Source: Paraspadella gotoi
Taxonomy: Eukaryota > Animalia > Chaetognatha
Direction: 5' to 3'
DNA length: 64,000 nucleotides
Assembly: GCA_051294375.1 (NCBI GenBank)
Contig: CM119267.1
Location: 22,383,486 to 22,447,485, forward strand
The notes under the pieces are model-generated. The model searched no databases and was not told the DNA's origin. It was given only the letters and a program-made list of their open reading frames with translations. Both the position numbers and the translations under genes were made by a program. The first letter of the stretch is position 1, and every line of letters starts with the position of its first letter. Shown here in pieces: positions 25,322-41,460 of this stretch.

Positions 25322-25523
25322 ATATCCTTGGGTCTTCGCTCGCTCCGTCGATTCGCCCGTCGTCGTGGACTCGAGGTTCGAGACCAGGGCCAAGACATCG
25401 TCAGTCGCGACGGCCGACAGGTTCGCTCTCAAGTAATCGCTTGGCCGACATCGACCCTTTTTTTTCGACATCGACGCTTCTTGCTCCCCGAATTTCTTAA
25501 AAGTTCCTTTACCGAACACCTCG

Positions 25524-28500
25524 CTACGGTTTTCCCCTGTAACCGGGGTGCGGACCGTAATTCCCGCCGCTCCCATAGCCTCTTCCGAAGCCGAACTGTT
25601 CGGCGACGTTGTCCGGCACGCCCTTTTGGTGCGGGTATTTGGGCTTGACGCCGATGGACAGTCCCATGGCGGCCGCGGCCGCGGCGCCAGCCGGGTCGTT
25701 GGACCCTCCTCCCGGCCTGAAACCCGGCTTGGATTTTCCCTGCCGGAATCCGTTGGCGTTGGAAGAGGGTTGATTGGCGCCGATCTTTGCCATCGCCGCC
25801 TCCTCTTCCTCCATCTGCTCCAGCCGATTTAGCGTGAGTTGCTTCATCCTTTCCTTCTCCAGCCGCTGCGCCGCCTCCCTCTCCCGCAGCTTGGAGGCGA
25901 ACTCGACGGAGAGAGGGACGTTGAGGGTGTGGTAGTTCTGCTTGTTTCCTTTGCGCGTGATGAGAACGAAATCGATCCCGCTCTCGGCAGGTTCTTCTTC
26001 GTCGTCTTCCTCTTCGGAATCGTCTTCCTCGTCGTCGTCTTCGTCGTCGTCGGCCTCTTCCCTCGAGAAGCCGACCTCCCGCTCCTCGCTAATTCGCGAG
26101 GGCGTGTTGGGCGAGGAACCGGCGAAGGATCCGGCAGGGGAAGACGCTGCCGCCGATGGCCCGAGGGGAATCTTCAAGGCGGCGGGAATTTCGGGTTTTG
26201 GGGGCTGTTGCTGCTGTTTCTCCTTGGCCATCACCTGAATTGATAATTTTAAACATCAGTTAAAAACTTTGATAATTTGATTTATTTTTAGCCTATTTTT
26301 TTAAAAAACCTGAGTCTTAAGGTTGGACGGAACGACGAGATCCATCTGCGGAGGTTTAACGCTTTCTTGGTTCCTCTGTTGTATGGATTCGTGCATCATT
26401 CGATCAAAGGCGGCCATGAAGTCGGCGTCCTCGGCGCAAGCTTCCGGTTTGTTTTCCCGCTTAACGACCACCTGATCTTCTTCATCGTCCGACCCGACGG
26501 ACATGTCGCTGTCGTCGCCATCGTCGGCGTTGTGAACCTTGTTCCCTTCAGCGTCGTCATCCTCATCGAAGGCTCCCTTGGGCGTGTTACGACGGTCGGG
26601 TTGCGACTGACTCTGGCTGCTCTCTCGCTCTTCCCCCTCAATTTCCTTGACGGGTCCTTCCTCCTCCTCTTCATCTTCTTCCAAATCTTCGTCAAATTTA
26701 AGGTCGTTGTCTTCCTCCATCTCGGCGATCGTCTCCAGCCCGGCGCCGCTCTCCTCCGACGCCCCCTTCTCCAGCAAAGGAGTGATCTTCTTCCTCAACT
26801 CCTCCTCCATGCTCTCCACGTTCGCGCAAGCCTCGATATAGGAGGAAGGCAATTTGGATTTGGGCTTAAGGTTTTCTATGGCGTCCTGCATCATGTACTC
26901 CACGTCGATGGGGAAGGGGCGAGTGGCCGGATCCCAGTAAGGCCAACTGCGTTTGAACCAGTAGTATCTCAGCAGATATTTGAGATAGCAGTCAAGCTTC
27001 TTCTTGGAAGATCCTCGGTCAAAATATTGGCCGCAAGTGTCCAAGAGAGTGCAGGCGAGGCGCAGGCGGAAGAGGTGTTCCGGCGGATCGAGGTTGGTGC
27101 CGTCAGCTGCGGCGGTATTGACGCCGAAAGATATGAAGGAATAGAGCGTGTTGAAAATGACTCCGGAATCGACCATGCGGTAATTGTAGAGTTCGCCGAT
27201 GTATTTGGTCATGGAGACGCGACGTTGATTGTATCGCGCCTGATTCATCTCCATCATCAGCCTTATGTCCTCGACGACAGCGTCGACGACGCGAATCCCA
27301 ACCCAATCATAATACATCGATAGCCCCGCCAATAGATTAGCCAAACAGTGGATGTTGTTGTATTTGACGTTCCAAGCACCGACGAGGCATCTGATGGTAT
27401 AATCTGATTGCGCTATGTCGGACCAGCTCAATTTTCTCATTTGTTTCAGAACCTTTTCCACTGTCAACTTGTTCAGATCTTTGTACAATAACTTGCGAAT
27501 GTACAGGTGAAGCGTGGGTCTTTGAACGACGACGACCTTTTCTCGCTCGGGCGGGTTGCAGTAGTAGTAGGCGTTCTCGATCATGGTGACGTAGCGACTG
27601 TCAATGCTGAGGGCCAGCTTCTTGCGCATCATGGTCTCCAAATAAACCTTGGTTCGCTGATGAGAGTCGGGATTGCGGAAAAGGAATCGACCGCAGCATT
27701 CCAACAATCCGCAAGCCATGGCAATGTTGTGGTGGCGAAAATCGAAGAGGAGCATCTTTAAGCAGTTGAGGGCATCGACGCGGGGAAACAGGTTAAACTT
27801 GACCAATTCGCCGATGAAACGGACGGTTTTATTTTTGGACTCCAAATTGATTTGGTCTTTGCGCTTGACGTGATATTTGAAGTCAGCGCGAAGGCAGTTG
27901 CAGAGAGCGACAGCGACGTCGGGCATAAGCGGATCCAGGGTGGCAACGAGTCGGGCGTAAAAAGGGAGAAGATCCAGTCTCGAGCGATGGACGGTAAAGA
28001 GAGCCTTGACGAGTCGATTTCGATTCGTCTTGGTGTTCATGTTCATGGCGAAATCCTTGGCAGTATGGTCGATCAACTCTCGATTGACGCTGTTCGGCAG
28101 ACTGGCCACAAAACCCTCCATCATTTGCTTCATGGTGAGACCCATGTCCAGAGCCTCCTCGCCTTCCTCTTGCAACTCCATGGCTTGCAGGGACGGATTT
28201 TTTGAGTTACCTTCATCCTCCACATCCTGATTTTCGACTGGCTCTTCCTCCATTTCCTCTCCGACGTCGGCAGCCACAGATTCCTCTAAGTCTTCGATCT
28301 CCAGATTCGCCATTTCGCCCTCCAAAATCTCGATGGTTTCTTCAGTGGCGGCTTGGTGGCTGTCCTTGTACAGGATGCCCGGCACGAGAGGTTTGAGATC
28401 GGGCAGATTCTCGTAAAACTGGCGGGCATCGTCGTCCTCCCACAAACCGCCGGCTTCAAAGTCATAACGCCCGTCCTCGTTGATCTCTTCGAGGACATCA

Positions 28501-30212
28501 AAGTCGTCCTTGATCTCGATCGTCGGCAACTCGGGCAGCGGCTGATCAAGCAGATCCGAAAGCTGCTGAGCGTAGCTCCAGAGCTTGTTGAAGGCGGCGA
28601 CGGCCGCTTCGTATCTGTCCTTTCGGTCCTGGCTGATCTCTCCCTTCGTCTGCAGCGTTCGCCGATTGGCCTTGTCCATCGAGCGAATGTCGTCGTTCTC
28701 CTTCAAGCTCCGCTTAACAATGGAGGAATAGTATTCTCTCATCAGATTCCTAACGGCCTTTTGTCTGCTCTCGTCGAAGAATGAGCTAGACGGGACGTCG
28801 ATTCCATGCTTCTCGCTCAATGTCCTGGTCGATCTCGACATCAAGCCGCAATAATCGGCGCCGCAGTGCTTCAAAAACGAGAGAACGAGACCGACGTTGT
28901 TGTGCTCCTCTCTGTCGTTGGCCACCAAGCAAGTGAGCACGTTACCGAGAGTCGGAAGCGCCTCTTTCTCGGGCAAAACGGACAGCGTAATTAAATCAGA
29001 GAAGATCTTAATGTCCACCTTGAGTTTGCTAACGGCGTCCTTGGAAATCTTTGAGTCCTTCTTAAGCACCAAAGCCTTCTGCCAATTTTCCAGAAGCGCC
29101 CGGGGGAATTCGGCATAGCGCCGGTGCAGCATGCAGCAAACGTCGCGCGCCAGCGGCAAGTCGGCCATCTTAAGTTTGGCCTCGACGATTGCTGCCGCGC
29201 ATTCGCCGATGTATTTGGTGAGATTGAGGGCGCCGATCTCCTTGACGATCGAGTCTCTCTGCGCCTCGCTCATCGCCTTAAGCTTCTTCACGAAGCTCGT
29301 GTTCTTCTTGAGAGAAGAGTCAAGTTTGGCCGCGTTTTCCTCGAACGCCTCCCGTTCGTCGGCGGCGTCCAGGTTCGCTTCTCTTAAAGATTGAAAATCG
29401 GCCAGCCTTTTCTCCATGTCAGCCACCTGTTGCTCCAATTCCGCCTTTTCCTTCACCTCCGCTTCCGCCTTCTCTCTCTCTAACCTCTCTTTCTCCTCTT
29501 CCATCTTCCTTTGCTCTTCTTCCCATCTCTTCTTCTCTTCCTCTTCCCTTTTGATCTTCTCTTCCTCTTCCTTCCTCTTCCGCTCCTCCTCAGCTTCTTT
29601 CCTCTCCTCCTCTCGCTTCCATCGCTGCTCAATGTCCGACGCTCTCTCGGCATCCTTCGGAATCTCCAGCATCTCGTCGCCGACGGCGTTACGATTGGCG
29701 TCCTGTTTGACCTCGTGACCCTTGTCCCCTTTATATCTTCCGTCCTCACCCTTGCCGCCTCGTCGGCCATCATGACCACGGCGGACCTGTCTGGCTTGCG
29801 TCCGTTTTGGCTGGGCGTCTCTCGTATTCCCGCCTCCCCTTCCGTTTCGATCTTCCCTTTCATTGCGCCTATAGTCGCCGTGGTTTGCGTCGTAGTGGGC
29901 GTGACCTTCAACGTCGACTTCGTTGTATCGACCCTCCCTTGAATGAGTCGAGTCGTCCTTAAATTTTCGCGCGTCTTTTCCGGTCTCGGAGCGCCTTTGG
30001 CCGCTGTAGCGCTTACCGCCGGTCTCTCTCTTTGAATTGGCACTCGGGGCATCGTCGTAGCCATCATCGTCATCGTCGTAACGTCGAGACGAATAATACT
30101 TCTGCCCCCCGCCTCCGCCGCCGCGACGGCGCTCCTCCTGCGCATAGTGGCGCCCGCCGTCGCCGCGTCCTCCGCGGCCGTAACCCCTTCCGGATCGGGA
30201 GTATGAGCTCAT
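25524..30212 (-). CDS. UPF2: Regulator of nonsense transcripts 2 (UPF2); 2 exons, intron ~26236-26329
   Basis: MIF4G motifs KLDSSLKKNTSFVKKLK, WEDDDARQFYENLPDL, RLDLLPFYARLVATL, KYIGELYNYRMVDS; UPF1-binding tail FVLITRKGNKQ. Confidence 0.96.
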
Positions 30213-30848
30213 CACTTGAACTTGAGACTTGATGAATTAAACTCGCTGAAACGATTCACCGGTAAATTTCCGATGATTTAATCAGGTTGCGCGCGGGTAA
30301 TTCCCGACAGAACTTCAGATTCCGCAACGACTTTTACACTAATCACGGCATTGTTGATATTCACAGCTAACTTGGTTCTCCAGTGAAAGAGCGAGTTAAT
30401 TCCGGAGATGAGTTGATGCTTGAGGAAAGCGAATTACATGATCTCATTGTATCTACGATATGGAAACTAAAACACCAAGATTTTCATAATTCGTTCAGTC
30501 TTTGATCATATAGCGTTCTATACGTACTATTACTAATTCGATCACAAGTGAGATGGTTTAATTAAGAAAAACATATTAAACAAGACGAAAAACATGTATT
30601 AAAGAATATATTGACATCACGTAGACTAAACCGTATCACAAACTGCGTATAAAATCCAATCTGCGAATTGAGGATTTTTATAAAAACTTAACTTTGTGAA
30701 AGTACAAATGTTAAACAAGGATGTCTAAAAGTGAAATAATTTTTCTCAACCAAGAACCCAAAACTTGAAGTCAATCCGATTCGGCATTCCACTCATCTAA
30801 CGTCAAACGCTCATGTGTAAAGTAGAGCCAGTCAGTTCCCGCACTTGG

Positions 30849-31291
30849 TCATTTACCCAGTCTCTGATTGCAATTAGAGTATTTGGTCAGCGCGGAAAGA
30901 AAGTCTGGGTATGCGATGTTTTTATGGGACGGAAGATGGAGGATCTCGGTGAGCCGCGTGATCCAGGGCGGATAGCCGAGAAGGGCAGGGGTTGGGCCAA
31001 AGTTGAGCGCCAACGAGGGATCCGGGAAGCCGAGCCGATCCTGGAAGTACCGGTCCAAAGTTTGCTCGTTGATTGAGTTCGGATCGAGATGGCCGTCGGC
31101 CACACCTCGGCACAATTCCCGCGCGCGCAACGCCATCCAACGCTTGCCGTCCTTTTCGTCCAGGAGCAAAACTTTGGATCGAAAGGGAGTGTGAAAGCCT
31201 GTAGGGTTTTGAAGTGGTAAACGTATAATTTTAAGTGTGTCCTCACCTCTGATCACTGTCCTTTCACTCAATTCTTTGTTGGCCACTTTAA

Positions 31292-31334
<43 letters not shown>

Positions 31335-31487
31335 TTACAAAGGGAAAATACATGCATAAATTGTAAATTGGAAAGATTTCATGATGAATGCCTAAATTCG
31401 TAGACTTAAATGTAATGAAGTAGCTTTTTATGGCCTATTGTTTTATTTTGTGCCTAAAGCCCCATCGAATAAATTCAAAAATTCAAA

Positions 31488-31551
<64 letters not shown>

Positions 31552-32330
31552 ATGTGTTTGACAAATTTGTTAAATCAATTTCTCCTTTGCGCTGATGAAG
31601 ACTCGAATATAGAGTCGAAACTGTTCGTAAATAATAATAAAACTCATTGTATAAAGAAACAAAAACTTCTACTTTGTAACAAAATTCGATAAAACAACGA
31701 AAGAAAGGAAATTTACTCAAGTGTTTAACCAAATTTTATGTTGTCTTAAAGTTTTCAATAGAGGTGTTTCGCTCGTTGTCGTCGTCGTTGTTGTTGTAGT
31801 TGTCATTGCCAATTAGGCAGCGACATTCTGATAAATAAACTTACAATAAAACCACTACAAACCAATTTAAAATCACAAATCACTCGACTCGACCCACCAT
31901 TCTTGGGCGTTTCCTTCGGCTCGGTTCCCAGAGTCAGCACGTCAACTCGACAAGCTTCTCCGGCGGCTTCGGTGAACTCCTTCGTCTTGTCACTCAACTT
32001 TTTCCTCAGCACCCCCTCGTTTCGTAGGATGACGCCGCGACGGTCATAGAGTGAAACGAAGGAGACTCCGAGCGCCATCGCCCAGAAGATTAAATCGGCG
32101 AGATCGTTGATGGAGACGGCATCCTCGCCGACAACCACTGCCAAGTGATCGGGCAGCTTGGTCAGATAGCGGGCGTCAAGGCGTATCGAATAAAGCGTCA
32201 CGTTCTGCCCGCCGTAGGCCGAAGCGCGGACATCCTTGAGAATACAGTGAAGCCAAAGAAATGTGGAGAACACGAACTGGGCAATGGTGATGAGAAAGTG
32301 GAAGAGCTTCAGTGTCACCAGTTTCAACAT
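30849..32330 (-). CDS. NUS1: Dehydrodolichyl diphosphate synthase complex subunit NUS1 (NgBR); probably 3 exons
   Basis: KLPDHLAVVV...WAMALGVSFVSLYDRRG; FPDPSLALNFG...LGYPPWITRLTEI; C-terminal RxG motif CNQRLGK. Confidence 0.93.
31295..31545. repeat. Two (CT)n microsatellites in the NUS1 intron (~31295-31328 and ~31488-31545)
   Basis: Direct CT dinucleotide runs. Confidence 0.9.
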
Positions 32331-32676
32331 TTTTTTAGAGTTTGTGTCAATCGGTGGTTAACTATGATAATGGCGATTTTTTTTCATGGTTAAATCTGAG
32401 AAAATCAAAGAACAAAATAACTAGAAAATTCAAGATAAACTCTTGATAAAGCATCGAAACAATTTCGCGAGGCTGCTCCGAGGAGAACGTCGAAAAGGAG
32501 ATTACCAAAAAATGGTATCGCAAACATCACAGGCAGAAAAAAGAGTGTGGAAATAATCACTTTTGTGGATTCGCGATCACAAGGTTAACGCTAGTTAACA
32601 AAATATTCCGTCGAAATTTTACTGAAACATCACATTTTAATTCAAACAAACAGACAGACGGACTAGAAAATTCGGG

Positions 32677-33721
32677 TCAAACGTCTTTGGATTCAGTGGC
32701 GTTGGTTGTCCCAGACTTCGGAATCTCATTAGAGGGAGAAGCAGAGGGCGCGTCGGTGGAACCGGTCGCCCCGGGAGCGACGGTCACGGATCGTGGCGCC
32801 AACCCGCGCAGGGTGATGTCGTAGACAACCTCTTCGCATTTTTTGAGGTCGTACTTTAAGGCGTCGAACCTTTTGCGGAGGTGGTCGTTCTTGAGATTTA
32901 AGAGGCGAAACCCGGCGTCAAGTTCACCGATAAATTTGGCGATGACAACGGGGCGAGCGTAATCGCCCGCGGTAACGCAGTTGACGGCGTATCTGGAGCG
33001 AACAATCAATTTTTAAAAATATTTATTTGGCACTTGTGAGATCAAAACTAAACACTCACCTACTCAGCTCAGAACCCAACTGCAATAGCCCCTGCAGATA
33101 ATCCTCCAACTCAAGATGGAATGTTTGAGATAGCGCATCGGCCTTTGTGGCCAAACCCAACATTTCGGCCACTTGGTCGTAAGAGGCCAGTCGGGAGGTT
33201 TCGAGAAAAACGACGAGGGCGCTGAGGAAGCAGAGACGCTGAGTCACAAATCGCCAGTGATCGTGAAATCTGGAAAAGAGGAAACAGGAGAAATAAAAAT
33301 TTTGCATTACGGGATAAATAATAATTCAATAATAGCCAAAAACTATTATCATTGTACAATGTACATTCTTCCTTATCACTCGCCTGTAATATTGGCCGGC
33401 GGGAACCTTCTCGGCGATAGACGCGTAATGAACACGAACTTGGGAGCCCAGGGTTTTTCTGGACGACTCGCAGAGTTTCCGTATCGGTTCGAGAGAATCA
33501 ATTTCGCCACCACCGATGTCGCCCCCCGATGCCGCCTCTTCGATGCCGTGAATGCCTTGCAGCATCGTTGCCAGCTCCCTGGCCGTCTGTTCCAGTTCCC
33601 TGACGACGATTTTTATCTCCTCCCTTGCCAGCTGATCCGAGTTCAAATATTCCACCAGATCCTTGAAGAGAGTTTCCACTTGGACCGAGTCGGCCTCTCC
33701 GGGAGACGCATCGGCCGACAT
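32677..33721 (-). CDS. TSN: Translin; 3 exons, first intron GC-AG
   Basis: REEIKIVVRELEQTARE; QYYR|FHDHWRFVTQRLCFL; FHLELEDYLQGLLQL; GFRLLNLKNDHLRKRFDALKYDLKKCEEVVYDITLRGL. Confidence 0.95.
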
Positions 33722-34053
33722 TATCTAAAGTTTCGAGAGATCACCGAACTATTTTAATTTTAAACCTGAAGAAAACTTAAAAATAAGGAAAATGTAAACA
33801 AAATGAGAATATATATAAATTTATGGCAACAAACAGAAGAAAAAAAAACTACGCAGCGCGGACGCTCGTGTGAATAAAGAAAAAAAAAGGAAATGCGTGA
33901 CGCTCGACGCCGATGAAAAAGTTTCGCGCGCAGCGAAGACCCATTTCAACTCTCTCCCCATCCCCCCCCCAAAGAGAGCAAAACGCTTCGCCCCATGGTT
34001 TCCCCCCAACAGTCTCTGATTCAGAGGAAAAACGACGAAGGAGACGACGGGCT

Positions 34054-37000
34054 TCAATCGCTGTCGGGTTCCTCTTTGACGTCGTCGTCGCTTCCGCTGT
34101 CGTTCTTCGTCTTCTTGCTTATCGGTTCGTCGTCGGAATCCTCCGAGTCCGGAGAAATTTCGTCTGGAATAGCCGGGGGGGGGGAAATTATTACTAATTA
34201 AATACGAAAATGCATATAATGCATATAATCAAAGATACCCGAGTCGACGTATTCCTTGCTCTTGAAGGATCCCCCTGTTCCGGCGCTCTTCTTAGGGGAG
34301 GAAGAGGGTTTCGTCGTCGCCTTCTTCTTCTTCGGCGCCGATTCCGTGGGCACGATCTCTCCGCTCTCGATCTTACTCCTGTACTCTCGCATCTCGACCT
34401 CGTAGCGGGCCTTGTCCGCTTTGCTCTTCTCGTCGAACTCGGCCTTTTCCCCTTCGCCCATCTCCTTCCAAATCTCGCCGGCTTTTTTCGAGACTTCCGT
34501 CACGCCCTCCACGCCGTACTCTTCCTTGATGCGCTCCCGATTCTCCCCGAGCCAGATGAAATAGGCCGACATGGGCCGCTTGGGAGCGTTGGGGTCCTTG
34601 CCGGCCTTGCCGGTCCGCTTGGCCTTAGGCTGGTCGCCGCTTTTCTCCCGCTTCTTCTTCTTGGCTCGCTCTTTGGCCTCCTTACGCTTCTGCTCTCGAG
34701 CCGCCTTCTTCTCCTCGTCGTCGCTGTCGACATCGGAGTAGTCAGAGTCCGAGTCGCCCGAGTCCGAGGGGCTGCTGGTGTATCTGGGGAATAGATAAAA
34801 GAGAAAATGTTTATATGGTAGAATTCTTATGTTTTTAAATTTTAAATAAAAACATACGTAGTCGTAGGTCTAAAAATGATAAATTATGTGAACGACCGAG
34901 CACGAAATCACACGCCAGATCATTCATTACTCAATCATGGACGTTTGAACTTTTAGGTCAAAACATCTTTCCCCCAAAGGACTCACTCTTCTTTGACGTC
35001 CTCGTCGAAGTGAATGTCCTTGTCCGGGTCGTACTCTTCATCGTCGGACGACATGTCCGAGTCCCGGTTCCGCCCTTCCTCCTTCATGCGATTGAGGTAG
35101 GCGTCCTGGTCGTCGTCGTCGTCGGAGCCCGCGTCCTCGTCCACGTGGTACTTGGGGGCGTCGGGGACGGCACGGTTCTTGACGCGGAGCTGTTTGGCCG
35201 TGACGAAGTCGAAGAGCTTCCCGTACTCCTCCTTGCCCACTGAACTGAACATGAAGGTGTTTCCCTGATGTGAGAAAAACAGTAATGATAATTACACAAT
35301 TTAACGAGAAGATTCTCCTCTTTCCTGATAACTCACCGTTTTGACTTCGACCTCGAAATCAAAGGCCTTTCCCGGACCTTGCGACCGCGCAAAGTTGACG
35401 TAGGCGACCTCGTCGTACCGGATGTGCAGTGGAGGCTTGTGGACAAAGATGAAGCCGCGCTCCAAGGGATAGAGAAAGCCGGATGCCGCCTTGTACGAGC
35501 AGGCAATGGCGTGGGTGCCTGAAGGGTAAGGAACAAATAAAGAAAAAACGATCGCAATGATTGTCGTTTTCATTGGTCTCACCCGAAGCGCCCGTGAAGT
35601 TTCCAGGGACAGTGATTTTTCGTTTGATTAAAGATTTGAAAACGCGGGAGATCACTTCGTACGTAGGTCCGTTCATTTCGGTCTGTGAAGTTGAAAAACG
35701 AATTTTATTTAAAAAAAATATTTTTCAACTCAAACATAAGCCAACAGTCGCAATCAACCTGCAATCTGTTGTCGTATTCCTTCTCCAATTCTTCTTCCGA
35801 GATGTTCAAATGAACGCTCATCTCTTCGTCTTTGTCGAATTGCAAAACCAAGTACGGATATCGCGTTTGCCCTTGTCGAATCGGCGGGTCAACGCTGTAA
35901 GAAAAATAAGCATTAAGCAGGAGAATTAAAATGGCGTTAATTTCAATGAATTGGAGACCCTACGGTTCCGTATTTTTGTTTTTTAAAACCTTATCAAGAA
36001 AAACATTTGGCGTTGATCCTTGTGTGGAAGAAGGAAGAGACGCAGTATCGTCGTGTAAGGGATTTTGTAGTCGGCCGTTTTGCCGTGAAGTTGTAAAAAT
36101 GTGGGGTAAATCTTAATATCGTAGCGTCCCCTGTGCCGATCGAAGATTTAAATGCTATTAGAAAAGGTAATATAAAGAAGGGCCAATCGGAAAGAAGAAA
36201 TAATCACCTGGGAACGAGGAAGGTGATTTCTTCGAAAGTGGCAATCGCGTCGCCGGTGATTTGGACGATGTCCGCTTTGGCGAGGATCGACTTTTGAAAC
36301 GCCTGTCGAAAATAGAAAAAGGGTACAATTTAATTTGAATCAAAGAGTTAAGAGGAAAAGATCCCGCCATCTTTGCCTAATCATTATTTGACCCGGCCTG
36401 TAATCGAATCCTAGAATACCACGAACAAAAAAAAGCGTTAATGAGACAATTTCAGGCGCCGATAAAGCATTCACCGCAAAAGCAAGCTAAAAAAAACACC
36501 AAAGAGAAAAAAAAAAACACATCAAAAATGGTTAGATTGTGATGAGCCGTAAATTTTAAGTGCGATCTCTCGATCCCCCTCGACTAAGTGCAATGATTGG
36601 TGTCGGTTCCATTTCAAAAGGTGAAAAAATCTCACCTCAACAGCGTCGTTACGTGCCTCATCGCCCTACGGCAAATCGGAAAGCGTGAATTTTCAAGGCC
36701 AAGTTCAGTTAGGTATTTTTTTTAAAAACAACTCAAAACAGATAATTCTATGTGCGTTATATACCTTTTAAAACTAAAATAACAAATACCTAAATAAAGC
36801 AAATACAAACTTTTTCCATACTTACTATTAATTCTTCATAAAGCTATTCCAGGGCCTTCCATCGATTTTCCCCAATCTGTGACGCCCATTCTCCCCCCCC
36901 AACCCCAAACACAATACCACCACCGCGACCACTCACGTCGACTGCGTCCTCGTCGTTCTTCTCGCCTGAAGCGTCGTTGGGGACGTGGAACCGCATCTCG

Positions 37001-37666
37001 TAGAGGGAGACGGCGGCGTCGTCGTTTTGATGGAATTCCAAAGTCACTTCGTTCTTTCCGGTGACGCAATGGGAGACGTTGTTCAGGGGAACCTCGAACG
37101 CCGTCTAACACAAGTAAAAATTGATTTAAAATTTTAGTATAATTTAGAAATCTCCTATGTAATTCTAATCATTTCAACATACTCTTCATTATTCCACTCA
37201 ACTCTAAGCCCACCTGATTGTCAACTTCGAACGAGAGACTGTTTCCGATGAAGTTCGCCTTTCCCCAATTCCATCCTTTGACGCTGAGATCTTTTTCCTC
37301 CAGTGCCAAATCCATATTGTTTTTAAAAAATGATTTCAACCGATCGAAATCCTTTAAAAAATTAAGGAAATTATTCTAATTAAACATTAATTATTACTCT
37401 CATTCAAATTAACTTGATTTCCATACCGCTTCGGAAAATCCGTCGTATCTGTGGATTAGGTCGTTTTCCAACCGAAGCTTGAGGCAATACCCCCTCGCCC
37501 GCTTGAGCCAATCGGCCGTCTTGACCTCGTTCGCTTGGTACTGGTCTTGCTTTCCCGTCTTATTGTTTTTAAAAGTGATGGCGGACGATTGGAGTTTCAG
37601 TTTTCCCGCGTTCATGGAACCTCGGTTCTCTTGGAATACCTCGGGAAACTCCAAAATGTCCGTCAT
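34054..37666 (-). CDS. SSRP1: FACT complex subunit SSRP1; about 11 exons
   Basis: [10 protein letters not shown]; [21 protein letters not shown]; [24 protein letters not shown]; HMG box [17 protein letters not shown]. Confidence 0.96.
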
Positions 37667-38024
37667 TTTGGTCTCTATTGTTCAGAAATGGGAAGAGGGG
37701 GGAATTTTCTGAAAAAAAAAGTTGAGTGAATGAGTCGCGGATGAAAGCTGAGGCAAAATGATAAATTCGAGTAACAGTTAACAACGGCCAAAAATTTAGG
37801 CTAACAAAGGTGCGTAAGAAGGGATAAACAGGCGCGATGGAATCAAAACGGAAAATAGCATCGATGACAACACTTGTACCGAGAAAATAAAAAGATGCAT
37901 GGAGAAAATATCTCGATAGCTAAATGAGGAAATAAATGGCGCGACCGTTAAAAACGAAACTACACGGACGTCGAGCCAATAAAAATGGCATCGGCGCCGT
38001 AAAAGAGATTTCTCCATTCTCTCA

Positions 38025-41328
<3,304 letters not shown>

Positions 41329-41460
41329 AACGATGAATGGTTAAGTTCGCTTTTACGAAAACATACAAACTGAAAACATTCAATGAAAAGTTACAAAAAG
41401 CAAATAATATCACAGATGAGCTTTTGAAGATCTTAAGACGAAGTGTCTATAAAAACTTGG

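Noticed and set aside
25145-25576. 143-aa poly-Q ORF overlapping the UPF2 end
   Set aside because: Produced by a (CAA)n microsatellite in the probable 3' UTR; no homology evident.
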